Below are positions 10,870-20,133 of a stretch of 64,000 bases of DNA, piece by piece. Under the pieces are notes generated by a model, which did no database searches, had not been told where the DNA came from, and saw only the letters and a program-made list of their open reading frames with translations. The stretch's first letter is position 1. Each line of letters opens with the position of its first letter. Both the position numbers and the translations under genes were made by a program. Source of the stretch: a virus (taxonomy: Duplodnaviria > Caudoviricetes); IMG/VR virus record IMGVR_UViG_3300025357_000908, positions 1 to 64,000 of that record, one strand, 5' to 3'.

Positions 10870-11805
10870 TTGACTTAATGCGATAAGACAGCTAAAGAAA
10901 TTGATTTCTTGATCCATTACTAAAGCTGATCGATATAGATATTCCGAGACTTGCAGTAATGCAAGTCTTTTTTTATCCTCTTTCATTGAGCTTTTGTATA
11001 CTGAATTAAATAAGTCTTTCATTAACTTTGGATAATCATTACCAAAGGATTGTTCTGATTCTATAATAAACTTACGTATAGACATTAAGTCTTCTTTATC
11101 TTCAATTTTACCAAGGATATCTTCAGCGAATCCCTCATTATTAATAACGTCTTGTATAACGAGCTTGTTATCAATAACACTACGTTGTATATAGTTAATA
11201 ATTCTACGTAGATCTGGATAATAGTAACGTATAACCTCTTTAATGCGATCTACCTGACCGGCTTCAATAGTTACCTTTTCTTGCTGTAGTATGTACTTTA
11301 TTCGTTTAGCATATTCTCCAATAGGAGGAGTAAAATCAGTGAAAACTTGGCATCGAGACTGAATCGGTTGGATAATACGATGTAGATAGTTGCCAGTGAG
11401 GATAAAACGGGTATTACCAGCATACTCTTCCATAACATTACGCAAAGCTCTTTGACCCGCATCAGTAAAGTTATCAAACTCGTCCAGAAAGATAACTTTA
11501 ATTTTGCCATCCAGGCTCTTAGTTTGAGCAAACGTAAGAATAGAGGTACGAACTTCATCGATGCCGTTCTTTTCGCTTGCGTTAATGTAGAAGTACTGTG
11601 CATCGAGTATTTCATTAATAATAACTTTAGCTAAGGTAGTTTTACCTGTACCTGCATTACCAACAAGTAACATATTAGGTATTTCGCCTTTACGTTTACA
11701 TTCTTCTACAAATGCACGTAGAGGCTCAGATAGAACCATATCGGCCAGTTTTGATGGCCGATACTTTTCTACCCACACGTTCATTAACTGTTCGTTAATG
11801 GTCAT
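10864..11805 (-). CDS. gp44: Sliding-clamp loader AAA+ subunit (gp44/RFC)
   Basis: WVEKYRP, Walker A GNAGTGKT, LDEFD, SRC motif. Confidence 0.93.
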   Translation of the reverse strand: MTINEQLMNVWVEKYRPSKLADMVLSEPLRAFVEECKRKGEIPNMLLVGNAGTGKTTLAKVIINEILDAQYFYINASEKNGIDEVRTSILTFAQTKSLDGKIKVIFLDEFDNFTDAGQRALRNVMEEYAGNTRFILTGNYLHRIIQPIQSRCQVFTDFTPPIGEYAKRIKYILQQEKVTIEAGQVDRIKEVIRYYYPDLRRIINYIQRSVIDNKLVIQDVINNEGFAEDILGKIEDKEDLMSIRKFIIESEQSFGNDYPKLMKDLFNSVYKSSMKEDKKRLALLQVSEYLYRSALVMDQEINFFSCLIALSQL

Positions 11806-12362
11806 TATTTTCTTTTAGGTTTAACTGAAAAACCACCATCTGGGTCTGCTACTATTTCAACTTCAGTAGGTTGTACACTATTTCTCTTTTTGTTGTATAC
11901 ATCTGATGCATCGGTTGATTTGTCAGACGAGCCAAAGCCTTTTTCACCGCGAGTTGTTTCACTTACTTGATCCGTCCATTCAATGTCAGCCTGGATAAGA
12001 GGGTAGACAATTAACTGCGCAATCTTATCACCGGCTTTAAATGTCTGGTCTTCTGTACCAAAGTTATAAAGCTTGATACCCATGTCACCTCTATAAGGGT
12101 TGTCAATAATACCAAAATGTGGGAAGATATGCTTTTTAAACCCCACACCGGAACGACCTTCAACTCGAATCCAGTAACCAGGTGTTAAATAACCTAACTT
12201 AAGACCTACAGACACTACAGCATAACCTTTAGCAGGTATAGTAATCTCTTCTACTGCAGTAAGATCTAAACCAGAGTCTCCTGTATAAGGATCTGAATGG
12301 TTAAATTTAGGTAACACAGCATCTTTGTGTGTCTTAACGAATTTAATAGTAACAGGGAACAT
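11805..12362 (-). CDS. dut: Trimeric dUTPase
   Basis: SGLDL, GRSG, GIIDNPYRG, KIAQL, RGEKGFGSS motifs. Confidence 0.95.
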   Translation of the reverse strand: MFPVTIKFVKTHKDAVLPKFNHSDPYTGDSGLDLTAVEEITIPAKGYAVVSVGLKLGYLTPGYWIRVEGRSGVGFKKHIFPHFGIIDNPYRGDMGIKLYNFGTEDQTFKAGDKIAQLIVYPLIQADIEWTDQVSETTRGEKGFGSSDKSTDASDVYNKKRNSVQPTEVEIVADPDGGFSVKPKRK

Positions 12363-12370
12363 AATTAGGT

Positions 12371-12398
12371 AGTATAGAGAAAATTAATATTAAATCAA
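12371..12398 (-). promoter_or_regulatory. sigma70-like early promoter of dut-gp44
   Basis: TTGATT-N16-TATACT. Confidence 0.65.
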
Positions 12399-12406
12399 TG
12401 ATTAAA

Positions 12407-13993
12407 TTATTTTTTAATCAAATGTTTTAGAAACACTTTATGGTTTACTAATGATGGTAACATCCGAGATGTATTAATTTCATGTTGAAGCTTAAGACTT
12501 TCAAGCATATCTCTACGATGGCCAGTATTGTAAGCATTAAATATATTAGTAGCTTCATCTTTATTGTAAAAACCTATACCAATCCCTACTTGATCCCAAC
12601 TATACAAACTAAACGCGCCGTTAAGACTTTCTTCGTATGAATAAGATTTATGCAGTGTTAGTATACTATTGTTATCGTTTATAATTTTTTGTAACCCTAT
12701 AGGGGGTTTGTTCTTTTTTCGAAAATCTCTCCAAAATTCGGTGTCTGCTCTTTTTGTGTAATAATGAAAACATACAAACGTTAGCACTGAGTTGGTAATA
12801 TTATTAACTGTCTTGTTAAATATCTTTCTTGCTCTTTCGTTATCATCGTCTAACCCATCTAAATGACGTAAGAAACTACAAAGAGTTAGTATAGTGGTCA
12901 TTATTGATGTTGACTCTAACGGTTCAATAAAACCACTTGCAAGTCCTACTGCAATGCAATTTTTCGTCCATATGTTTTTATATGTACCAGCTTCAAAAGA
13001 AACAGTTTTACCTATTTTAATACTATCACCAAAGTATTCGTTTAGCTCAGCTTTAGCTTGATCTTCGTTTATATAACTACTATCAAACACATAACCACAA
13101 CCGGATCTATGTTGTAATGGTGTTTTCCATACCCACCCGTATTTCATAGCTACTGCTTCAGTGTAAGGTGGAATAACCTCAGGCATTAAAGGCTGAGAAA
13201 AAGTTATTGCTTTATTAACAGGGAGGTGCTCTTTATAGCTTTCCCATTCACTCTTATAATGTTTACCTATAATTAGACGTTTAAAACCGGTACAATCAAA
13301 TACAAAATCGCAACTTACTATAGTTTTGTCTTTAAGTTCAATTGATTTAATATATTCATTTTTATCGTTATTTATTTTACTAATTGTACCGTCTATAACC
13401 TGTATACCTCTTGTTAGCCCTATCTTTTTAAAATAACTTGAAGTTAAGACTCCATCGATATGTAATGCATGATTGCCGTGAGATTTAAAACGATTTACAG
13501 GTGAGTCTGTTTGAGGTTTAGAAATAAACTGTGAATTAGGAGAGTACCTCACTCTATTATGTTCACAGGCTTGAGATGTTAGATCTATACTATTTAATAT
13601 ATCTGTTTTATCGTTTTTTATTATTTCCAGTGCTCTCATTGACGGAACACAGTAATCTGGTCCCATACTGTGCCAACTTACATTAGGATCTTGACTAAAC
13701 CCATGATAATAGTGTTTATTATCCCCATTCCAGTTAGTAAATTTTATAGCATTTTTAAAAGTACTTTGCGTATTTGTAATGAAATCTTCTATACTAATTC
13801 CAAGCTCATTAATCATAGAGAAAAAATGTGGCGTGGTGCTTTCTCCTACCCCTATCACGCCTATTTCTGGGTTCTCTATAACAGTAACATTGGTTTCAGG
13901 AAAATAATGTTTTACCCAAAGAGCGCAAATCCATCCAGCTGTACCGCCACCCGCTACAACGAAATTGAATTTATTATTAAGTTTAACTTTCAT
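12407..13993 (-). CDS. Flavin-dependent halogenase (tryptophan halogenase/PrnA family)
   Basis: GGGTAG FAD motif, GVGEST, TFKNAIKF catalytic Lys, WVWKTPL, FIEPLEST; start moved to 13993 behind the promoter. Confidence 0.88.
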   Translation of the reverse strand: MKVKLNNKFNFVVAGGGTAGWICALWVKHYFPETNVTVIENPEIGVIGVGESTTPHFFSMINELGISIEDFITNTQSTFKNAIKFTNWNGDNKHYYHGFSQDPNVSWHSMGPDYCVPSMRALEIIKNDKTDILNSIDLTSQACEHNRVRYSPNSQFISKPQTDSPVNRFKSHGNHALHIDGVLTSSYFKKIGLTRGIQVIDGTISKINNDKNEYIKSIELKDKTIVSCDFVFDCTGFKRLIIGKHYKSEWESYKEHLPVNKAITFSQPLMPEVIPPYTEAVAMKYGWVWKTPLQHRSGCGYVFDSSYINEDQAKAELNEYFGDSIKIGKTVSFEAGTYKNIWTKNCIAVGLASGFIEPLESTSIMTTILTLCSFLRHLDGLDDDNERARKIFNKTVNNITNSVLTFVCFHYYTKRADTEFWRDFRKKNKPPIGLQKIINDNNSILTLHKSYSYEESLNGAFSLYSWDQVGIGIGFYNKDEATNIFNAYNTGHRRDMLESLKLQHEINTSRMLPSLVNHKVFLKHLIKK

Positions 13994-14006
13994 ACAATTA
14001 ATTACC

Positions 14007-14034
14007 ATTATATGCAATAAACTTGATAACTCAA
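14007..14034 (-). promoter_or_regulatory. sigma70-like promoter of the halogenase
   Basis: TTGAGT-N16-TATAAT. Confidence 0.65.
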
Positions 14035-14058
14035 CTAATATCCTAAATATTACTATTA

Positions 14059-14634
14059 ATGAATCCTTCAATGCCAGACAGTACTCCAGCAGGTAATCAA
14101 CAAATAATAGATCAAATCGATGATTTTATTGCTGGATTGAGCCCTGTTGCTAAAGAAGCAATGGATACTAAGATACCTGAAACAATTATTCCGGTTGTAC
14201 CTAATACACCAGAAGAAATGCAAACGTTTGTATTGAAGCATTCAGCAGAACTGGTTGAAAATAGTGTTAAGAGTATAATGGAACTACAAAAATTAACAGT
14301 AGCTACCGGCGATCCAGAAATGATGGCCGGGTTAGCAAGTTTAATTGCCGCAAGTACGGGAGCAATTGAAACTGTTAATAAGATGAATTTACAGCATAAG
14401 AAATCAGAAGCTAATAAAGAACTTAAAAAATTAGAAATTGAAGGTAAAAAAGAAATACAACGACTTAAGAACGATGGTTATCTTAACTTACCTCAGGGTA
14501 ACACTAACATATTAGTAGCTACCCGTGAAGAAATTATAGCTCAACTAACCGGTAAGGCTAAAGAAAAAGCTGTTAACGTTACGGAGTTGGAGAGTTTGCA
14601 GATGACGGCGCTTTCTGCGATGCCTTCTTCTTAG
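14059..14634 (+). CDS. gp16: Probable terminase small subunit (gp16-like)
   Basis: Helical core followed by NTNILVATREEII, resembling the C-terminal NN..FVGST.EL motif of T4-like small terminases; TAAATA upstream. Confidence 0.6.
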   Translation: MNPSMPDSTPAGNQQIIDQIDDFIAGLSPVAKEAMDTKIPETIIPVVPNTPEEMQTFVLKHSAELVENSVKSIMELQKLTVATGDPEMMAGLASLIAASTGAIETVNKMNLQHKKSEANKELKKLEIEGKKEIQRLKNDGYLNLPQGNTNILVATREEIIAQLTGKAKEKAVNVTELESLQMTALSAMPSS

Positions 14635-15535
14635 CTTTAAGTAGTTCAAATACTATAGCTAATAATATAATACCACCTAAAGAGGCACCCACTACCCACA
14701 TTTCAACGGTAGCAGCTACATAGGCCAATGCTAAAGATAATATAGCTCCAATACCCATAGAAATACTCTTTAAAATTATAGCTAATATAAGGAACAGTAT
14801 ACCAACACCTAATAATGCTTTAAAGATTAACCCTACCATTTCTGCTTTTTGTGCAGCTTTAGCTAAAGCAAGTTGATCAGCTGCTTCTTTTCTGATCTTA
14901 TCTAATTCAGCATTTCTTTCTGATTGTAGTTTGTCTAATGTTACCTTTTCAGCCTCTCTTATAGCAGCTTTTTCCTTTTCTTTTTGATCAATAACAGCTT
15001 GTGCATTATCTAAGGCTTGTTTTTGTACGATAGCTAATTCAACTGCACCGTTATACTTTGTATATAATTGATCTATAGTTAAAGCTTTTTCTTTATTAAT
15101 TTCAGCTACAATAGCTGCTTTTTGCGTATCTGGAAGTTTATCTGTACGGTTCATTATTTCTTTAGCGCGTAAATGTGCAACAAGAGTATTCATATCTTGT
15201 TTCTTTTTCTCTTGTGTAACCATGTACACACCGTAGTTTAACTTACCGATTTCAGCAAAATTAGCATCGTCTTTAGCTTTTAAATCATCATAAGCTTTTT
15301 GAAGCTCGTTTCTAAATGCAGCATATTTTGCTTCCATCTCTTGGCGTGCCTGCTCGACTTTCTTATTAGCTTCTGCTACTTGATCAACTTGTTTTTGGGT
15401 GTCTTCAGCTTTAACTACTGCAACAGCTTTTTTACCTATTTCTGTAGTGGGGCTGTTGCTGAACGCATCTGGTGTTTTAATTCCAAGTGTACAGCTGGTT
15501 AAAAAAAGAAGTGATAATATTGCAAACTGTTTCAT
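14579..15535 (-). CDS. Lipoprotein with long coiled coil and C-terminal transmembrane helices (candidate unimolecular spanin)
   Basis: MKQFAILSLLFLTS-C lipobox, about 240 aa of heptad-rich sequence, about 3 hydrophobic segments then KAKKK. Confidence 0.55.
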   Translation of the reverse strand: MKQFAILSLLFLTSCTLGIKTPDAFSNSPTTEIGKKAVAVVKAEDTQKQVDQVAEANKKVEQARQEMEAKYAAFRNELQKAYDDLKAKDDANFAEIGKLNYGVYMVTQEKKKQDMNTLVAHLRAKEIMNRTDKLPDTQKAAIVAEINKEKALTIDQLYTKYNGAVELAIVQKQALDNAQAVIDQKEKEKAAIREAEKVTLDKLQSERNAELDKIRKEAADQLALAKAAQKAEMVGLIFKALLGVGILFLILAIILKSISMGIGAILSLALAYVAATVEMWVVGASLGGIILLAIVFELLKAKKKASQKAPSSANSPTP

Positions 15536-15549
15536 ATATATATTTACAT

Positions 15550-15577
15550 AAAAAAGGGGAGAGATTACTCTCTCCCC
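15550..15577 (-). terminator. Rho-independent terminator after hsp20
   Basis: GGGGAGAGA-GTAA-TCTCTCCCC then a T6 tract on the minus strand. Confidence 0.88.
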
Positions 15578-15596
15578 GCTCGTACCTTGCCAGTTA

Positions 15597-16007
15597 TTAG
15601 CTAATATCAATAACTTTCTTGCCGTTAGTATCAGCCTTATTCTTTGGAAAGGTTAAGGTTAATACACCGTCAGTTTGCGAGGCTTTAGCCTTGTCGATAT
15701 TATACGTAGCAGCTACAGTAAAGCTACGACTAAAGGTCTCTTCTTGGGTACCACCTTTGTGAATAACCTTACGAGCTCCTTCAATCGTTACCACCCTACC
15801 TTCCACTGTAACGTTTGTTTTATCTTTAGGCACACCGGGAAGATCCACCTCTACAGTGAGTTCATCCCCTTCTTTAAACCTTACAGTGTCTCCTGTACGG
15901 CTGACGTCACCCCAAAAGAAAGGGTGATCGAATGGATCCCTGTTGAATAATTGTTCAACGAGAGATGTTGGTCTATATATGCTATTATTGTAGTTAGTTA
16001 GTTTCAT
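15597..16007 (-). CDS. hsp20: Small heat-shock protein (Hsp20)
   Basis: VDLPGV, FSRSF, DGVLTLTFPK alpha-crystallin motifs. Confidence 0.92.
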   Translation of the reverse strand: MKLTNYNNSIYRPTSLVEQLFNRDPFDHPFFWGDVSRTGDTVRFKEGDELTVEVDLPGVPKDKTNVTVEGRVVTIEGARKVIHKGGTQEETFSRSFTVAATYNIDKAKASQTDGVLTLTFPKNKADTNGKKVIDIS

Positions 16008-16018
16008 AGCAATAATAA

Positions 16019-16213
16019 TTATTGCTCGTTTCTAAAAAAATCAATAATTTTTTTAATATCTAATTTACAACGATTACATCTATCTGCGCAACTACAATAC
16101 TGTTGTAGATCTTTTATTGTTTTTATATCTTCGTGTTTATCAACAAGATGTATAATTTCTTTATATGAAAGTTTGTTACAAACACAGTGAGTGTTGGTTA
16201 ACTTAAGTTCCAT
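16019..16213 (-). CDS. BFD-like [2Fe-2S] ferredoxin
   Basis: CxC...C..RCxxC spacing in 64 aa. Confidence 0.7.
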   Translation of the reverse strand: MELKLTNTHCVCNKLSYKEIIHLVDKHEDIKTIKDLQQYCSCADRCNRCKLDIKKIIDFFRNEQ

Positions 16214-17865
16214 TAGGATTCACAACTTGAACAGGTTAATATAGAACGAGCAAGTTCTTGCGCGGGGTTAGCGGAACGCTGATAGTAAAGACTCTTAATG
16301 CCGTTTTCCCAAGCAAACACTATTAGCTCGTTAACGTCTTTTGGTTTAGTACTTGGTGGTATCATTAAGTTTAATGACTGACCTTGATCAATATATTTTT
16401 GACGAGCAGCAGCTTGAATTACTATTTCTTTTTGACTGATTTCACCGAAAGTTTTAAATACAGCCTTTTCTTCTGGTGTAAGGAACTCAAGATGTTGTAC
16501 GGAACCGCCTTTAACTAATATTGACTTCCAAACACCTTCTGTATTCTTTTTCTTTGCTTCAAGTAAAGCTTCAAGGTAAGGGTTCTTATATGTAAACTTA
16601 CCTTTAGCTAAGTCTTTCACAAAGTAATTAGAGTTTAGAGGCTCTACCGAAGGAGAAGCTTGACCGAGAATAAATGAACTGGAAGTAGTAGGCGCTACAG
16701 CAAGTGTAGTCACGTTACGGCGACCATAACCCTTAAGTAGAGGTGGTTCACCGTATTCTACAGCCATTTGAGCAGTAGCAGCATCTGCTTTCTTACGTAC
16801 AAAACTCCATATTTGAGTATTGAGTAGCTTTGCTTCCATTGTCTCAAACCCGATCATTTTAGACTGAAGGTATGTGTGCCAACCGAGTGCTCCAATACCG
16901 AGTGCACGCTGATTAATAGCGAAGTTTCTTGGGTGTACCATAAACTTCATCTTTTCAGTCTTATTAATGAACTCAGTCATTACAGCATCAAGGAAGTATA
17001 CAAGTGTTTCTACTGCATCAGTGTTCTTCCAGTTGTCCCATTGTTCAAAGTTAAGAGAAGATAAATCACAGACGAACGATTCTTCGTTATCGTTTGATAG
17101 CATAATTTCTGTACAGAGATTGCTTTGATTAATCTTAATGTTCTTATCTTTATATACTTGTGGTGCTTGATTGTTAGCGTTATCAGTAAAGAATATATAA
17201 GGATAACCAGATTCAAAGCGCTTCTTAATAACTAAGCCCCAGATACGACGCTTTTCTTTATCGCCTTCGATCATAGACTTTAACCATTCATCGGTTACAC
17301 AAACACCAATAGAAAGGTTTTGAATATCATCGCCTTCACTTCTAATCTTTAAAAACTCTTCTACGTCTTTATGATCAATAGGTAGGTACGCAGCAAATGA
17401 ACCTCTACGTACATTACCTTGTGAAATATAATCTGTTAGTGTTTCAAATACAGTTAACTGGTGATGTACCCCGGTAGATTCCCCGCCAGACGAAATAGAT
17501 GCACCACGAGGACGTATTTTACCGAAATAAGCAGACGTTCCACCACCTGCTTTTGACATAGTGCCTATTTCTGATATCTTATACAGAATAGCGTCCATGT
17601 CATCGTCAATGTACGAACCAAAGCAAGATATAGGTAAGCCGCGATTACGACCGAAGTTTGACCAGATAGGAGAAGCTAAGGAATAAAAACCTTGGTGCAT
17701 ATAGCTTTCAAACTTATCTGCAAAACCTTTCAACTTGAGATACTCTTCAGCTTTTTCAGCTATATCCCTGATACGTTGTTCAGCAGTTTCTCCGTCTAAG
17801 AGATAACCGCGTTCGAGGAATTTGCGAGAGTCGCTATTCAGCCAGTAAATGTTCTTGTTACTCAT
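16213..17865 (-). CDS. nrdA: Ribonucleotide reductase class Ia alpha subunit
   Basis: PISCF, SQGNVRRG, SNLCTE, APTTSSS, C-terminal CSSCES; no ATP cone. Confidence 0.95.
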   Translation of the reverse strand: MSNKNIYWLNSDSRKFLERGYLLDGETAEQRIRDIAEKAEEYLKLKGFADKFESYMHQGFYSLASPIWSNFGRNRGLPISCFGSYIDDDMDAILYKISEIGTMSKAGGGTSAYFGKIRPRGASISSGGESTGVHHQLTVFETLTDYISQGNVRRGSFAAYLPIDHKDVEEFLKIRSEGDDIQNLSIGVCVTDEWLKSMIEGDKEKRRIWGLVIKKRFESGYPYIFFTDNANNQAPQVYKDKNIKINQSNLCTEIMLSNDNEESFVCDLSSLNFEQWDNWKNTDAVETLVYFLDAVMTEFINKTEKMKFMVHPRNFAINQRALGIGALGWHTYLQSKMIGFETMEAKLLNTQIWSFVRKKADAATAQMAVEYGEPPLLKGYGRRNVTTLAVAPTTSSSFILGQASPSVEPLNSNYFVKDLAKGKFTYKNPYLEALLEAKKKNTEGVWKSILVKGGSVQHLEFLTPEEKAVFKTFGEISQKEIVIQAAARQKYIDQGQSLNLMIPPSTKPKDVNELIVFAWENGIKSLYYQRSANPAQELARSILTCSSCES

Positions 17866-17891
17866 TTTTATATATTATACTATACTTTTTA

Positions 17892-18863
17892 TTAAAATAA
17901 ATCGTCTTCTGAAAAGCTTTGTGATTTTTTAGAGTACTCTACAGGACGAGAATGGAAGAAGTCGGTCATATTATTACCGAGTAATTCTTCGTTAAACCAG
18001 GAAGTATCTTTGAGAAGCTTAGAATCCGTTTCATATACCTCTGGAAAACCAATACCCTTGAGAGATTCATTGATACGGTCTTTTACAAACTCTTTAAGAT
18101 GAGCTGCAGTTAATCCGTCTTCACTGATACCATTAACCATCCAATCAATAATCTTTGCTTCACTTTCATATGCTTCTTTAGCTTCAGCAAGGATTCTTTC
18201 TGTGAGCTCTTCATCAAAAAGCTCTGGGTGCTCTTCTCTAATAGTGTTAATAATTTTCATACCGACAAGAGCATGAATATGTTCTTCGTTACGAGTATAC
18301 TTTACTTGTTGATCGGTATCTTTGAGTAGGTTTTTATTACGTGCAAACCAGTTAATGATGTAGAACTGACTCATTAACGAGACGTTTTCAACAAATAAGG
18401 TAAAAAGTATAAGAGCGTAGAGATACTGTTTCTTTTTATCTTTATAATAACGATGCGTGTATTTCTTGAGATATTTTACACGTCCCTGTATCCATTCTAA
18501 CTTAAGGTTTTCTTCAAACACATCTTCAAGACCGAGTACTGTGAGCAGTCTTTCATAAGCATTGTTATGAATAACTTCTGTATTAGCCATTACATACCCT
18601 AAGTCTTGTAATGAAGGGTGTGGTAAGTTTTCACCAAGCTTAGCCCAAAATGTTTTTACTGCTACCTCAATTTGACCAATAGCAGATAAAGTACGAATAA
18701 TAATCTCTCTTTCTTGATCATTTAACTTAACTTTAAATTGCTGTACATCTGACTTAAAACTAAATTCTTTATGAGTCCAAAAGCCATTATGCATGGATTC
18801 GATAAATTCCTCTGTCCAAGGATAATGATTAGGTTTGCGAGAGATCTGTTCGTCGAATATCAT
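17892..18863 (-). CDS. nrdB: Ribonucleotide reductase class Ia beta subunit
   Basis: EVIH..AY, EEHIH iron ligands, DFFHSRPVEY tail. Confidence 0.95.
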   Translation of the reverse strand: MIFDEQISRKPNHYPWTEEFIESMHNGFWTHKEFSFKSDVQQFKVKLNDQEREIIIRTLSAIGQIEVAVKTFWAKLGENLPHPSLQDLGYVMANTEVIHNNAYERLLTVLGLEDVFEENLKLEWIQGRVKYLKKYTHRYYKDKKKQYLYALILFTLFVENVSLMSQFYIINWFARNKNLLKDTDQQVKYTRNEEHIHALVGMKIINTIREEHPELFDEELTERILAEAKEAYESEAKIIDWMVNGISEDGLTAAHLKEFVKDRINESLKGIGFPEVYETDSKLLKDTSWFNEELLGNNMTDFFHSRPVEYSKKSQSFSEDDLF

Positions 18864-18971
18864 AGTTTTAGTACAGGGAATATTATTTACGTATTGTACG
18901 TGCTTTTATATTTTTATCTCTAAGAAAAAAATATTTTTTATTCGCCCGTGGGTTGGACGTGGTTAGAAAAG

Positions 18972-19751
18972 TTAGTTCTTCTTATTGTATAATTCTAATT
19001 TTTTTACAATATACCGCACAATTTCACTACGTACAATATCTGCTTCTGTTAAGGTGAAAACATGAATGCCCATATCTCGGCTTTCTGCGTCATTAAACAC
19101 GTTACACATCTTTTCAAATCCTGATTTACCATTAATATCGGATTGCATCGGATCACCGCAAATGAATAGTTTACTGAACTGTCCAACACGTGTTAGTAGT
19201 GTAGTTAGCTCTCTAAACGTACTATTTTGTGCTTCGTCCATAATAATGGCTTTAGCATTCCAGGAAAGCCCACGAAGATATCCTGTTGGTTTACCTTCGA
19301 TACGGTTTTCTTTCATAAGCATATTAATATCGGCTTTCATTAACAACTCGTCAAGCTTTTCCATTAGTGGTTCAAGATAAGGAGTTAGCTTCTCATTAGC
19401 ATCACCCGGGAGATATCCCATTTTATTATCTGAACTCTCAACTATACTACGAATATAGATTAAGTCAGAAACCTTTTTTAGGTTCAATAATTCCAAAGCA
19501 ACTAATGTTGCTAAAAAGCTCTTACTACTACCAGAGGGGCCAGTAATAAAGACAATTTTAGTGTTATTGTCTAAAGCTAATTTAAGAAATTCTTTCTGTC
19601 TGTTAGTTAGGTCCGGTCTTTGTCGAATCTGTACCGGCCTTTCTAACTTATCGGCCTGATGTACTAAAAGACTCTTGTCCTTAGTAGCAGGTGTATTATT
19701 TGAACTGTTTTGAGCTAACTTCTGTTTTAACAGGCGTTTTTTCTTACTCAT
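18972..19751 (-). CDS. phoH: PhoH-like ATPase
   Basis: GPSGSSKS, MGYLPG, YLRGLS, DEAQN, GDPMQSD, DIVRS. Confidence 0.93.
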   Translation of the reverse strand: MSKKKRLLKQKLAQNSSNNTPATKDKSLLVHQADKLERPVQIRQRPDLTNRQKEFLKLALDNNTKIVFITGPSGSSKSFLATLVALELLNLKKVSDLIYIRSIVESSDNKMGYLPGDANEKLTPYLEPLMEKLDELLMKADINMLMKENRIEGKPTGYLRGLSWNAKAIIMDEAQNSTFRELTTLLTRVGQFSKLFICGDPMQSDINGKSGFEKMCNVFNDAESRDMGIHVFTLTEADIVRSEIVRYIVKKLELYNKKN

Positions 19752-19785
19752 CTATTATTATTTACTTATAAACATAAATATATAT

Positions 19786-20133
19786 ATGTTATTTAAGAAC
19801 TTTGATGCAAGGTATGAAAGTCTATTAAAAGAATTTACAGAAACTTTTCCTGTAGAAGGACATGCACCTACATGGCAGAAAAAAGCTGGGAAATCCCCTT
19901 CTGGTGGTCTTAACCGTAAAGGTATTATGAGCTACCGTCGTTCTCATCCTGGTAGTCATCTATCTATGGCAGTTACTACTAAACCAAGTAAACTTAAACC
20001 TGGTAGTAAAGCAGCTAAAAGACGTAAAAGTTTTTGTGCTCGTATGAAGGGGGTCAAAGGTCCAATGAAAAAACCTAACGGTAAGCCTACACGTAAAGCA
20101 TTGGCTTTACGTAAGTGGAATTGTCACGAATAA
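19786..20133 (+). CDS. Small basic conserved phage protein (DUF6321-like)
   Basis: GGLN.KG..SY...PGS, RRKSFCARM, ALRKWNC pattern; TAAATA 5 nt upstream. Confidence 0.65.
   Translation: MLFKNFDARYESLLKEFTETFPVEGHAPTWQKKAGKSPSGGLNRKGIMSYRRSHPGSHLSMAVTTKPSKLKPGSKAAKRRKSFCARMKGVKGPMKKPNGKPTRKALALRKWNCHE

Noticed and set aside
18943-18959. Weak GC hairpin between phoH and nrdB as a terminator
   Set aside because: Only about 5 bp with a wobble and no adjacent T tract on the coding strand
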